The notes beneath the pieces are model-generated. The model was not told the DNA's origin, made no database searches, and saw only the letters and a program-made list of their open reading frames with translations. Positions 38,033 to 47,643 of a DNA stretch of 64,000 nucleotides are shown here, piece after piece (position 1 is the first letter of the stretch; each line of letters begins with the position of its first letter). Origin of the DNA: an uncultured Erysipelotrichaceae bacterium (GTDB lineage Bacteria; Bacillota_I; Bacilli_A; RFN20; CAG-826); contig CADCLU010000006.1 in the NCBI GenBank assembly GCA_902802355.1, positions 31,759 through 95,758 of the forward strand, in the 5' to 3' direction. Position numbers and translations under genes: made by a program.

Positions 38033-39313
38033 CTAGTCTGCCTTGCTGTTCTCGTCATATAGAACGCTGTCGAAGGTTTTTTGGAGAGAATGATCACTCT
38101 TTTTCTTCACAAGAAGATAGTTTTTCGTGTGGCCGTAAGCATACCCACTCTTAGCGTCGTAGTCCTCAAAAAGGACTTCCATCTCCTGGCCATAGAACTT
38201 GGCTTCATATTTATCTCTTAGCTCTCTCGAGATAGCTAAGAGTTCGTGTGATCTCTCGTCTTTAATAGCGCTATCGACCTGTTTCATCTTTGCAGCGACC
38301 GTTCCTTTTCTCGAAGAGTATGCAAAGCAATGGATCTCAGCAAATTCGCATTTCCTGACGAAATTCACGGTCTCCTGCCACTCCTCATCGGTTTCTTCAG
38401 GGAAACCAGCAATAACATCGGTGGTTATAGCGATATCGGGACACATGCTACGCAGCATCTGCACTTTCTCAAAATATTGAGCCGCTGTATAGTTGCGCTT
38501 CATCCTCTTTAATACACCGTCTGAACCTGACTGAAGGGATAAATGAAGGTGTGGCATCAAAGACGGGTATTGTCTGAAGTCCTCAAAAAGCTTGTCTGAA
38601 ATCTCACTGATATCAATCGAGGATAGACGGAGCCTCTTAAGAGTTGGGTTTTCTTTGATTATGTCTTCGACGAGTTCTCCTAAGCCGTATTCTTTGCCAT
38701 AAAGATCAAGTCCATAGAACCCGACTTCGATTCCGGTAAGGATCAATTCTTGATAGCCTTTCTCCACTAAAGCTTTTGCCTCTCTCAAGGCATCTTCCTT
38801 GGTTCTTGAACGGGAATTTCCCCTAACAAAAGGAATTAGGCAATAAGAACAGAACTTGTCGCAGCCATCCTGGATTTTGAGATAGGCTCTAGCATTATCG
38901 GTGAAAGCGTGAGACTGAAGTTCCTCATATATCTTCTTCCTAGAAAGATAGGTAACATCGACAATTTTCTTATGGTCTTTAGCGAATTGATCGATGTAGG
39001 AAAGGAGTTTGTCTCTCTTTGAGGTGCCGATTATGATGTCAGCACCAAGAGTCTCGGCTTCGCTTAAATGTCCTTCTGAATAGCAACCCATGACAGCGAT
39101 GATCGCATCAGGAGAAAGCCTTCTGAATTTGCGAATGTGCTGACGGGATTTCTGATCGCTCGTCGCAGTGACCGAACAGGTATTGACCACGATTAAAGAA
39201 GCCTCTTCAGGCTTAAACACCTCAATATCGCCTCTTTCGATCAAGGCCTCTTTGATGGCGTCTTTCTCATAGGAATTAACTTTGCAGCCAAGAGAGAAAA
39301 CGAAGAACTTCAT
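38033..39313 (-). CDS. mtaB: Radical-SAM methylthiotransferase MtaB (YqeV-like)
   Basis: It has an MTTase N-domain (GCKVNSYE), the radical SAM motif CDKFCSYC and a TRAM-like C-terminus. Confidence 0.85.
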   Translation of the reverse strand: MKFFVFSLGCKVNSYEKDAIKEALIERGDIEVFKPEEASLIVVNTCSVTATSDQKSRQHIRKFRRLSPDAIIAVMGCYSEGHLSEAETLGADIIIGTSKRDKLLSYIDQFAKDHKKIVDVTYLSRKKIYEELQSHAFTDNARAYLKIQDGCDKFCSYCLIPFVRGNSRSRTKEDALREAKALVEKGYQELILTGIEVGFYGLDLYGKEYGLGELVEDIIKENPTLKRLRLSSIDISEISDKLFEDFRQYPSLMPHLHLSLQSGSDGVLKRMKRNYTAAQYFEKVQMLRSMCPDIAITTDVIAGFPEETDEEWQETVNFVRKCEFAEIHCFAYSSRKGTVAAKMKQVDSAIKDERSHELLAISRELRDKYEAKFYGQEMEVLFEDYDAKSGYAYGHTKNYLLVKKKSDHSLQKTFDSVLYDENSKAD

Positions 39314-40068
39314 TTCTTTTTCTCGTCCGCCTTTTTGCGTAATGTGTCAGAGATGAGTTTCTCTTTGAGAAGGACATTGAGCATCTTGTCTCTATCGCCT
39401 TCGTAATAAGCATCAACGACCTTCTGAATGCGAGGAATCATGTGATTCTTTAGAGGTCTCGTTAAGCCTTTGTCAAAGAGGGCGATTTTCGCGTCTAACC
39501 TTCCTTGCTCATTAATGAAATAGATGCATTCAGCATCGTAATCATAAGCCGCCATCGAGGTTTCCGTCTTGCGAAGGATGACTAACTTCGTGAAATATGA
39601 GTCATATAAAGCCATACCATAGTAATCGAATGGATCGATTAAAGCGGCCTCATAATCCTTGAGAAGTCTCTTATATGGAGGAACTGATAGCTTTTCGTAT
39701 GAGTCGGTATAAATGGATGCCAAAGAAGATGGGAAGATCGGGACATAGATCTTCTCTCCGCCAACTTCGATATATGGCAACGTGCTTGTGACATCCTCCA
39801 TGAATTCATTCATCGGAGTTGCGTTAGGATTCTTCTCAAGAACCTTAGAATGTGCGAAGAAAGCCTTCTCTATCTCTTCTTTGTTGATGATGGCTCTAAG
39901 GACGATGTTGGCACGAATAACGCCAAAGGAATCGACGACTTTGGAAAGGTAAGCAAAAGGCTCGTTATCCGACAGTTTGTAGGAATAACGGTTATAGAAC
40001 GCTCTTTCATCGCCGTGATCGAACGATGTTGGAGCCTGGTTGTCGCTTAGGAGTTGATAAAGGTTCAT
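39310..40068 (-). CDS. Hypothetical protein (252 aa), no recognisable family
   Basis: The long ORF is translationally coupled on both sides by 4-nt overlaps with rsmE and mtaB. It is soluble with a Lys-rich C-terminus. Confidence 0.6.
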   Translation of the reverse strand: MNLYQLLSDNQAPTSFDHGDERAFYNRYSYKLSDNEPFAYLSKVVDSFGVIRANIVLRAIINKEEIEKAFFAHSKVLEKNPNATPMNEFMEDVTSTLPYIEVGGEKIYVPIFPSSLASIYTDSYEKLSVPPYKRLLKDYEAALIDPFDYYGMALYDSYFTKLVILRKTETSMAAYDYDAECIYFINEQGRLDAKIALFDKGLTRPLKNHMIPRIQKVVDAYYEGDRDKMLNVLLKEKLISDTLRKKADEKKK

Positions 40069-40787
40069 TCTTTGCTCTCCCCTAAGAACGAAAAGACGCT
40101 GGCCATGTAGATAGACGCCGTCTCGGCGCGGAGAATTCTCTGTCCGAGTGAGACTGGGGTAAGTCCCTTTTTGGTCGCTAAAGCAACCTCTTTCTCGTCG
40201 AATCCGCCTTCAGGACCAATAACAAGCAAGACTCTTTCGCCCTGCTTTACCTTGGCTGCCTCAGCAGCGAGGTTGAAGGATTCGTGAGAAAGGCCTTCAT
40301 AAGCGAAGAAAGCATGGTCGAATTTCATATCAGTCATTTTATCAAAAGATAAGATGCTGTCGACTTTTGGGATATCGATTCTCTTGCATTGCTCGCAAGA
40401 GGACTGAACGATTTTCTCGAAGCGGATTTGGCGCTTTTCCTTGTCTTTCTGGTCGAGTCTGACGATCGTGCGGCTCGAGATATATGGGACAAATTCGTTG
40501 ACGCCCAACTCTGTTCCCTTTTGGAGAACGAGTTCGTCATGTCCTCCTTTAAGAAGAGCGAATGCCAAAACGACGGTGAAAGGAAGAGGTTTTGGTTTGT
40601 ATAAAGATTCAAGAACTGCCAGCTCAAGAGGCTCGAGGCTTTTGATCTCACATAAATAAAGCTCACCGGTGTCGGCGATTTCCACCTTGTCGCCTTTTTT
40701 GGCACGCAAAACACGCACAAGATGGTGTGCTTTATCGGGGCTGATATAGGCCTTCTCCCCTTCGACGCGGCCGAAGAAGCGTTCCAT
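40065..40787 (-). CDS. rsmE: 16S rRNA (uracil1498-N3)-methyltransferase RsmE
   Basis: 240 aa with a PUA-like N-terminus (HHLVRVLRAKKGD) and the SPOUT C-terminus GPEGGF...LGQRILRAETA. Confidence 0.88.
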   Translation of the reverse strand: MERFFGRVEGEKAYISPDKAHHLVRVLRAKKGDKVEIADTGELYLCEIKSLEPLELAVLESLYKPKPLPFTVVLAFALLKGGHDELVLQKGTELGVNEFVPYISSRTIVRLDQKDKEKRQIRFEKIVQSSCEQCKRIDIPKVDSILSFDKMTDMKFDHAFFAYEGLSHESFNLAAEAAKVKQGERVLLVIGPEGGFDEKEVALATKKGLTPVSLGQRILRAETASIYMASVFSFLGESKE

Positions 40788-40789
40788 AT

Positions 40790-41242
40790 TTAGCGAAGGA
40801 ACACTCCATTCCCGTCTTTAAGGGAGTCTTTCAAAACATAATGGAAGGCATATCCGGCATGGAGGAAGAAATCCACGGCGAATGGCAAAAGGTATCCGCC
40901 AGGAATCGACCATTCAATCACGTTGGTGAGGTTGAGAATGAGGATGATTGTTCCGATGATTCCAACGAAACAGGTAGTGAAGATGATATTGGCGATGCCG
41001 TTTTTCTTGAAACCAAGATAGAAATCATGGATACCGGCAAAGCCAAGGAAAAAGCAAAGCCAGAAAGCGACTTTGCGCCTCTTGCTCTTATATAACCCGC
41101 CTTTTGGTCTTTGCGGGTCAATGAAAGATGTCATGTCTTTGGTCTGATATTGGGAATCGATTGGATCGGTTGTTCCGCAATATGGGCAGACGTCGGCATC
41201 GAATTTTCCGATTGTGCGATGGCAATTTCTACAAGTTGGCAT
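40790..41242 (-). CDS. Zinc-ribbon + TM2-domain membrane protein
   Basis: It has CRNC...CPYCG at the N-terminus and the TM2-like FLGFAGIHDFYLG. Confidence 0.7.
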   Translation of the reverse strand: MPTCRNCHRTIGKFDADVCPYCGTTDPIDSQYQTKDMTSFIDPQRPKGGLYKSKRRKVAFWLCFFLGFAGIHDFYLGFKKNGIANIIFTTCFVGIIGTIILILNLTNVIEWSIPGGYLLPFAVDFFLHAGYAFHYVLKDSLKDGNGVFLR

Positions 41243-41297
41243 AATTAGTTCTTTTAATACAACTCATAGCATAACCCCTTCACACGCATACGAGCAA

Positions 41298-41325
41298 TAA
41301 AAAAAGGCCTCACAATGTGAGACCT
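41298..41325 (-). terminator. Rho-independent terminator after dnaJ
   Basis: On the minus strand: AGGUCUCAC-AUU-GUGAGGCCU (one U-G pair) followed by U7. Confidence 0.8.
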
Positions 41326-41330
41326 TAATC

Positions 41331-42467
41331 TTATTTTTTGCCTTTGTTCCACCACTTGCCGAGCTTAGCTTGCTCTTCTTTTTGGAATTGTCTAAGCAAG
41401 TCTTTCTCAGTAGACGATAGATTCGTCGGCGTCGTGACTTTCACGTGAAGGAACTGATCGCCTGGACGGCCGGTTCTTAGGTCTTTCACGCCTTGGCCTT
41501 TGAGTTTGAGAATCTGATTTGGCTGGGTTCCGGCTGGGATAGAGACTTCAACAGAACCATAGACCGTATTCACTTCGAGGCTTGCGCCGAGAGCGCAGTC
41601 GACGAAGGATAGCTCAAGCTCCATGTGGATGTCGTTTCCATCACGGGTGAATGTCGGATCTTTCCTGATACGGACCTCGATGTAAAGGTCGCCGTTCTCT
41701 CCGCCATTGATGCCTCTTTCGCCCTTGCCTTTGACGCGGACCTGCTGGCCGTTGTTGATGCCGGCTGGAATATTGACGTCAAGGTCTTTGTGAACGCGGT
41801 TATATCCGCTGCCACCGCATGTTTTGCATGGGTTTTTGACGACTTTGCCAGTGCCATGGCAGTGATCGCATGGGCCTTCGGTCTGCATGGTTCCGAAGAG
41901 AGTTCTTTGGGTATGCAGGGTGTATCCGCGGCCACCGCAATACGGACAGGTTGAGATGTCGCTCGCGCTTTCGGCACCGGTTCCGTGGCAGTGAGAGCAA
42001 GGCTCATCGTAGGTTATTGGGACGGTGAGATGGGTTCCTTTGATGGAATCCATGAAGGAAATGGTCTTCTGAATGAGGACATCGTTTCCTTTCTGCGGTC
42101 CTCCGGAGCTTCTCGAAGAGCGTCTTCCGCCTCCGAAGAAACTCGAGAATATGTCATTGAGATCGACATCGCCAAAACCAGCGCCTTGGAAGCCAGCTCC
42201 ACCGAATGGGTTGCCTGCTCCTCCCGTTGAGCCTCCTTGCTGGAAGGCAGCGTGGCCGAATTGGTCGTACTGCTTTCTCTTGGAGTCATCGTAGAGGACG
42301 TCATAGGCCTCCTGAATCTCCTCGAATTTCTTTGGGGCGTCAGGAGAATGGTTGATATCCGGATGGTATTGCTTGGCTAGTTTGCGGTAGGCGCTTTTGA
42401 TTTCGTCTTTGGACGCGCTTTTGCTCACGCCAAGGACGTCATAATAATCGCGTTTTGCCTCTGCCAT
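41331..42467 (-). CDS. dnaJ: Chaperone DnaJ
   Basis: It has a J domain (HPD), a G/F region and four CxxCxGxG repeats. Confidence 0.95.
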   Translation of the reverse strand: MAEAKRDYYDVLGVSKSASKDEIKSAYRKLAKQYHPDINHSPDAPKKFEEIQEAYDVLYDDSKRKQYDQFGHAAFQQGGSTGGAGNPFGGAGFQGAGFGDVDLNDIFSSFFGGGRRSSRSSGGPQKGNDVLIQKTISFMDSIKGTHLTVPITYDEPCSHCHGTGAESASDISTCPYCGGRGYTLHTQRTLFGTMQTEGPCDHCHGTGKVVKNPCKTCGGSGYNRVHKDLDVNIPAGINNGQQVRVKGKGERGINGGENGDLYIEVRIRKDPTFTRDGNDIHMELELSFVDCALGASLEVNTVYGSVEVSIPAGTQPNQILKLKGQGVKDLRTGRPGDQFLHVKVTTPTNLSSTEKDLLRQFQKEEQAKLGKWWNKGKK

Positions 42468-42538
42468 TTTTTACTCCTTGTTTTAACAAAAGGTCGGTGG
42501 CGCCTAATTTCTAGACACCACCACCTCTTAGATGATGA

Positions 42539-44368
42539 TTAGTTTTTCTTGTCGGTGAAGTCGGCATCGACGACATCGTCGGCACCGGTCTGCTGAGACT
42601 CAGCGCCAGCGCCTGGATTTGGGTTGGCGCCAGTCTGCTGGGCATACTGAGCGGCTTTGGCGGCAGTGTCTTCGAGTCTTCCGACGATCTCGCGGAGTTT
42701 CTCGATGTCGTTGGCGCCCATGGCACCCTGAGCTTCGTCACGGATCTTGATGAGTTCGTCTTTCTGCTCTTGGGTGATCTTGTCGCCTTGCTCGACTAAG
42801 GTCTGGTTGATCTGGTCGATATAGGTCTGGGCCTTGTTCTTGACTTCGATGTCGCCTTTACGCTTGGCATCGGCCTCTTTGTTCTCCTCGGCCTCTCTGA
42901 TCATACGGTCGATGTCCTCTTTGGAAAGGCCGTTGGAACCGCTGATGGTGATATCCTGGGATTGCTGGGTGTCGAGGTCTTTGGCGCTGACTTTGACGAT
43001 ACCGTTGACGTCAATGCTGAAGGTGACTTCGATTCTTGGCTGGCCGCGTCTGGCTGGTTTGATGCCAGAAAGCTGGAAGTGGCCGAGTAATTTGTTATCG
43101 TGGGCCATCTGTCTTTCACCTTGATAAACCATGATGTCGACGGCTGGCTGATTGTCTTCAGCGGTCGAGAAGACCTGGCTCTTGGTGGTTGGGATGGTCG
43201 TGTTCCTTGGGATGAGTGGGGTCATGACACCGCCAAGGGTCTCAATGCCAAGGGTAAGAGGAGTGACGTCGAGAAGGACGACATCCTTAACGTCGCCGGC
43301 GATGACGGCGCCCTGAAGGGCAGCGCCACGGCTGACGGCTTCGTCTGGGTTGACGGAAAGGTTGATTTCGTGGCCGGTGACCTGACGGACCATATCCTGG
43401 ACGGCTGGCATACGGATGGAGCCGCCGATCATAAGGATCTGACCGAGGTCGCTGTATTTGAGTTTGGCATCAGCCATGGCTTTCTCCATTGGGGCCTTGC
43501 ATCTCTCAAGGAGGTTGCGGGTCATGTTCTGGAATTCAGCGCGGCTGAGGGTTTTTTCGAAGTTGATAGGACCATTGGCACCCATTCCGATGAATGGAAG
43601 GGAGATGGTCGTGGTTAAGGAGCTGGAGAGCTCGATCTTGGCTTTCTCAGCGGCATCTAAGAAGCGCTGTTCAGCCATCTTGTCGTTGATGTCGACGCCG
43701 GTCTCAATCTTGATCTGGGCGCGGATCCAATCGGCAAGGGCCTTATCCCAGTCATCGCCACCGAGTCTGGTATCACCGCTGGTAGCAAGAACCTGGAAGG
43801 TGCCGTCACCGATATCAAGGATGGAGACATCGAAGGTGCCACCGCCAAGGTCGAAGACGAGGACTTTCTCGCTCTTATTGCTATCAAGGCCGTAAGCTAA
43901 GCAGCTGGCGGTTGGCTCATTGATGATACGGACAACATCAAGACCGGCGATGGTGCCTGCGTCTTTGGTAGCCTGACGCTGAGCGTCATTGAAGTATGCA
44001 GGAACGGTGATGACGGCCTTTTTGACTGGCTGTCCGATGTTCTTCTCAGCATAGCTCTTCATGTAGGAAAGGACCTTAGAGGAAATCTCCTGTGGGGTGA
44101 AATCCTTGTTTAAGCAATTGATGTGGAACTTCTCGGAAGTGCCGATGGCGCGCTTGGCGCTTCTGACGGTGTCAGGATTGGTGATGGCCTGACGCTTGGC
44201 GGCATTGCCGACGATTTCCTCACCACTTCCTTTGAAGGCAACGACCGATGGGGTGGTCATGGTTCCTTCTGGGTTTGGGATGACTTTGATCTGGCCATCA
44301 GCCTGCATATAGCTGATGACGGAGTTGGTGGTACCAAGGTCGATACCGACGATAATTTCTTTTGCCAT
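42539..44368 (-). CDS. dnaK: Chaperone DnaK (Hsp70)
   Basis: It has [17 protein letters not shown] and the C-terminal lid. Confidence 0.97.
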   Translation of the reverse strand: MAKEIIVGIDLGTTNSVISYMQADGQIKVIPNPEGTMTTPSVVAFKGSGEEIVGNAAKRQAITNPDTVRSAKRAIGTSEKFHINCLNKDFTPQEISSKVLSYMKSYAEKNIGQPVKKAVITVPAYFNDAQRQATKDAGTIAGLDVVRIINEPTASCLAYGLDSNKSEKVLVFDLGGGTFDVSILDIGDGTFQVLATSGDTRLGGDDWDKALADWIRAQIKIETGVDINDKMAEQRFLDAAEKAKIELSSSLTTTISLPFIGMGANGPINFEKTLSRAEFQNMTRNLLERCKAPMEKAMADAKLKYSDLGQILMIGGSIRMPAVQDMVRQVTGHEINLSVNPDEAVSRGAALQGAVIAGDVKDVVLLDVTPLTLGIETLGGVMTPLIPRNTTIPTTKSQVFSTAEDNQPAVDIMVYQGERQMAHDNKLLGHFQLSGIKPARRGQPRIEVTFSIDVNGIVKVSAKDLDTQQSQDITISGSNGLSKEDIDRMIREAEENKEADAKRKGDIEVKNKAQTYIDQINQTLVEQGDKITQEQKDELIKIRDEAQGAMGANDIEKLREIVGRLEDTAAKAAQYAQQTGANPNPGAGAESQQTGADDVVDADFTDKKN

Positions 44369-44383
44369 AATGATTAATCTCCT

Positions 44384-45037
44384 TTAAGCCTTGTTGGCTT
44401 CGTTTGTGTTCTCTGCTGAGGCAGCTTCTTTGGCTTCTTCAGCTGGTTTGTCTTCTTTTTTCTTGCTCACCTTGACCATTGCAGGTTTGATGAGTTTCTC
44501 GTGGAGGCGGTAGCCTTTGGAATAAACCTGAAGGACTTTGTTTTCGTCTCCTTCCGTCTCTTCGACTTCCATGGCGTGCATGAAGGCCGGATCGAAGGAA
44601 TCGCCGACTTTAGGAAGGATTTCCGTGACGCCTTCGTTAGAGAGGGCGGTTTGGAGTTGGTTGTAGATGAAACCGAATCCTTGCTGGTAGTTCTTGGCTT
44701 CTTGGCTGTTTGGCTCAACGCTTAAGGCCATGTAGAAGCTGTCGAGGGCCGGGAGAAGATTCTCAACGAATCCTTCCGCCCTGTATCTGATGGCATCGCG
44801 ATGGTCGGCTTCGAGGGATTTGCGGAGGTTCGCCATATCGGCATAGGCCATATAGCATTTGTTCTTCCAATCCTCTTTCTCTTTCTTCTCGACCTCGGCG
44901 GCGTCTTTCAGTTTGAGGAAATCGCTATAGAGGATCTCGACCGTCTTCGGTTCTTTGTCCTCTTTCTTTATTTCTTCGCTTTTTTCTTCGGGCTGTTCGG
45001 GCTCTTTGCGTTCTTCTTCTTTTCTTTTGTTGAACAT
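44384..45037 (-). CDS. grpE: Nucleotide exchange factor GrpE
   Basis: 217 aa with an acidic N-terminus and a GrpE core (YMAYADMANLRK...FDPAFMHAM). Confidence 0.92.
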   Translation of the reverse strand: MFNKRKEEERKEPEQPEEKSEEIKKEDKEPKTVEILYSDFLKLKDAAEVEKKEKEDWKNKCYMAYADMANLRKSLEADHRDAIRYRAEGFVENLLPALDSFYMALSVEPNSQEAKNYQQGFGFIYNQLQTALSNEGVTEILPKVGDSFDPAFMHAMEVEETEGDENKVLQVYSKGYRLHEKLIKPAMVKVSKKKEDKPAEEAKEAASAENTNEANKA

Positions 45038-46059
45038 TCCTGTCCTCCTTTCGTGGTAGCGCTGAAGTAATTGTCTAGGGCTTCAGCGAAGTACTGCAGA
45101 GTGGCAACGACTTTGTCGTAGTCCATACGGGCTGGGCCAAGGACGGAGAGGGTACCCTTCTCGCCAGGGACGTTGATGTTCGTGCTGACGAGGGCGAGGT
45201 TCTCGTAACCGTATTCCTTGTTTCCGATGGAAATGGTGATGTTGCCGCTTGTTTTACCTGATTTGAGAATCCTTTTGAATTCTTCTGGATCGTCGATGAA
45301 GGAGAGAAGCTCTCTTAGTTTGCTGGCGTCGTTGGCGAACTCCGGTTGCTTGTATAGCTCTTCTTGGCCATAAAGCTCCATACGTTCGGTAGCGAGCTTA
45401 GCGAAGACTCCCATGATGGCTTCGTAGATGAGTTCTTGGCCGACCATGTAATCGGTAAGGGCTGGGCGAAGCGCCTCCATCTTCGAGACAACTTGGCTGA
45501 GCGGGGTTCCGGTAAGGCGGTCGTTGAGGAGTTTGACGGTCTTGACGACCTGGTCCACTTTCGTGCCCTCTTCCATAAGGAACGTCTTATTCTCGACGTA
45601 GCCTTTATCGGTAACGAACACCGCGGTAGCCGTGTTATTGCTAAGAGGGATGACTTGGACGCTCACAAGCTTCTCATCATCGACGCTTTGACCGATGACG
45701 ACGGATGCGAGGTTGGTCATCTGCGAGAGGATCTCACAGGACTCTTTCATGACTTCCTCGACGCTCTTGGTCTTTTCGCTAAGGATGTTCTGAAGAGCGT
45801 TTTTGGCTTGTTGTTCAACACCGCCTGTGCGGAGGTTGTCGACATAGTACTGATAGCCTTTCTCGGTTGGCACGCGTCCGCCGGAAGTATGAGGCTTCTC
45901 GATGAAGCCCATTTTCTCGAGGGCGTTCATCTCGTTGCGGATGGTCGCACTACTGATGTCGAGTTTGTATTTCGTCATCAGGGTCTTGCTGCCAATCGGC
46001 TCAGCGTATCTGATGAAATACTCGACTATAAGCTTGAGGATTTCGTCACGCCTGGTCAT
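44968..46059 (-). CDS. hrcA: Heat-inducible transcription repressor HrcA
   Basis: It has a wHTH N-terminus (RRDEILKLIVEYFIRYAEPIGSKTL). I placed the start at the ATG at 46059, after SD AAGGAG. The C-terminus runs 70 nt into grpE. Confidence 0.88.
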   Translation of the reverse strand: MTRRDEILKLIVEYFIRYAEPIGSKTLMTKYKLDISSATIRNEMNALEKMGFIEKPHTSGGRVPTEKGYQYYVDNLRTGGVEQQAKNALQNILSEKTKSVEEVMKESCEILSQMTNLASVVIGQSVDDEKLVSVQVIPLSNNTATAVFVTDKGYVENKTFLMEEGTKVDQVVKTVKLLNDRLTGTPLSQVVSKMEALRPALTDYMVGQELIYEAIMGVFAKLATERMELYGQEELYKQPEFANDASKLRELLSFIDDPEEFKRILKSGKTSGNITISIGNKEYGYENLALVSTNINVPGEKGTLSVLGPARMDYDKVVATLQYFAEALDNYFSATTKGGQECSTKEKKKNAKSPNSPKKKAKK

Positions 46060-46075
46060 CTGTTTAGTCTCCTTT

Positions 46076-46102
46076 TTAGCAGTCACACCTTTCTGGTGCT
46101 AA
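46076..46102. promoter_or_regulatory. CIRCE operator copy A (TTAGCAGTC-N9-TGGTGCTAA), at the predicted 5' end of the hrcA transcript
   Basis: It matches the consensus TTAGCACTC-N9-GAGTGCTAA at 8/9 and 7/9 positions. It lies between the -10 box and the SD. Confidence 0.75.
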
Positions 46103-46106
46103 CGAT

Positions 46107-46134
46107 ATTATATGGCGCTCATTAGCACTGTCAA
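46107..46134 (-). promoter_or_regulatory. Sigma-A promoter of the hrcA-grpE-dnaK-dnaJ operon
   Basis: On the minus strand: TTGACA, 16 nt, TATAAT. Both hexamers are consensus. Confidence 0.8.
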
Positions 46135-46148
46135 TATGCAAGTGCTAG
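46122..46148. promoter_or_regulatory. CIRCE operator copy B (TTAGCACTG-N9-AAGTGCTAG) overlapping the -35 box
   Basis: It matches the consensus at 8/9 and 7/9 positions. The -35 hexamer overlaps its left arm and 9-nt spacer. Confidence 0.75.
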
Positions 46149-46177
46149 AAAAATGAAAATCCCCTTTAAAGGGGACC
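46149..46177 (-). terminator. Rho-independent terminator after hemW
   Basis: Palindrome TCCCCTTTAAAGGGGA, followed on the minus strand by UUUUCAUUUUU. Confidence 0.75.
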
Positions 46178-46199
46178 TCTAATGTGTATGTGCGCCTAA

Positions 46200-47291
46200 T
46201 TAAAATAAGGATATAAGCACGCGGTCGAGAAGGAGCATTCCTTTGTCTGTGCAATGGATCCTTCCTTTCTCGGAAGTTAAGAGTCCATCGGATTTTAGGG
46301 ACTCATACTGCTTTTCGAATTTTTCGAAAAAGGAAACACCAAAACGCTTGATGTAGTCCTCATCTTCGAAACCTTCCTCAAGACGGAGATGTGTAAGGAA
46401 GAACTCTTCTTTTTTGTCCTTGTCTGAGAGCTTTTCCCTCTCCCCTTCAAAAGACCCTTTCAAATATGAAAGAAGGTTCTTCGTGAAGGTGAGTCTTTCA
46501 CCATTGAGGTAACCGCTGGCGCCTAGACCTGCAGCGTAATATTCCTCATCTCTCCAATAGACAAGGTTGTGACGAGATTCATAACCAGGTTTTGAGAAGT
46601 TAGAGACTTCATATCTCTTGTAGCCCGCTTTTCTGAATTCGCTCAGAATCAAATCATACTGATCAGCGGCATCGCCATCATCCATTTCCTTGTAGCCTTT
46701 GTTATGCCAAACGGTTCCGGGGTTAACACTTAGACAATAGGTTGATAGATGAGGGACGTTTAAGGATAAAAGTCCCACCACATCTTGTTTTACGTCTTCT
46801 AAGGTTTCGGTTGGGAGACCATAGATCAGATCGCAGGAGATATTGGTGAAGCCATGCGTCTTGGCGAGTTCGACTTTCACTTTCGCCTCTTCGAAGGTGT
46901 GTGGTCTTCCCATGAGCTTGAGGAATTTCAAGTGGGTGCTTTCGACACCGATCGAAAGACGATTAACCCCACATTCACGCATGATTGAGAGTTTCTCGTC
47001 ATCAAGGCTCTCTGGATTAGCCTCGACTGTGAACTCATAGTCATTCTTATTGAGATAAGTCGAGAGTTTGCTGAGGATCACTTTTAGAAGCGAGGATGGC
47101 AATGCGGTCGGTGTTCCACCGCCCACATAAACGGTCTTAAGAGGCTTATCGATATTGAGTGAATCAAGTTGTTCCTTCAGGCGCTCTATATAAGAAGAAG
47201 CCCACTCTTCCTGGTATATGACTTTCGTGAAGTCACAATACCCGCAGATATGGGCACAAAATGGAATGTGAACGTATAAAGATTCGGCCAC
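46200..47291 (-). CDS. hemW: Radical-SAM heme chaperone HemW (HemN-like, oxygen-independent coproporphyrinogen oxidase family)
   Basis: GTG start. It has HIPFCAHICGYCDF and sits between lepA and hrcA as in Bacillus. Confidence 0.88.
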   Translation of the reverse strand: MAESLYVHIPFCAHICGYCDFTKVIYQEEWASSYIERLKEQLDSLNIDKPLKTVYVGGGTPTALPSSLLKVILSKLSTYLNKNDYEFTVEANPESLDDEKLSIMRECGVNRLSIGVESTHLKFLKLMGRPHTFEEAKVKVELAKTHGFTNISCDLIYGLPTETLEDVKQDVVGLLSLNVPHLSTYCLSVNPGTVWHNKGYKEMDDGDAADQYDLILSEFRKAGYKRYEVSNFSKPGYESRHNLVYWRDEEYYAAGLGASGYLNGERLTFTKNLLSYLKGSFEGEREKLSDKDKKEEFFLTHLRLEEGFEDEDYIKRFGVSFFEKFEKQYESLKSDGLLTSEKGRIHCTDKGMLLLDRVLISLF

Positions 47292-47296
47292 AGCTA

Positions 47297-47643
47297 TTAT
47301 TTGTCTTCTTTTTCTTCGAAGGCGGCAGCTTCTTCAGGGTGCTCTTCGGCGTAGCGTCTCATGGCCTCGGCAGTAGCTTCATCAGCGACTTCTTCGGTAG
47401 CACGGGAAACTTCTTCTTCGGCGACTTCATCTGTTCAAGAGTGGCTTCGTCGGTGATGTCGGTGACAAGGCGATTGACCTCTTCTTCCGCGATCTCTTTA
47501 TCGCTCTTTGGCTTTTCCTGGTTCTGGAACGGTTTCACGTATTTCTTAACGAGAATGACTCCTAAAACGATGATGCCGAAAAACACGACAAGAGCGATTG
47601 TTATGAATAATGGGCTTTCAAAAAAGCTGGCGTAAAGTCTCAT
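47297..47643 (-). pseudogene. Small single-TM protein with an acidic tail, interrupted by a 1-nt frameshift near 47432
   Basis: The track ORF 47359-47643 turns from acidic (EIAEEEVNRLVTDITDEATLE) to basic nonsense. Another frame continues as TDEVAEEEVSRATEEVADEATAEAMRRYAEEHPEEAAAFEEKEDK and stops 6 nt before hemW. The span is 347 nt, which is 3n+2. The shift falls at GAACA, where GAAACA would be expected. Confidence 0.55.
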
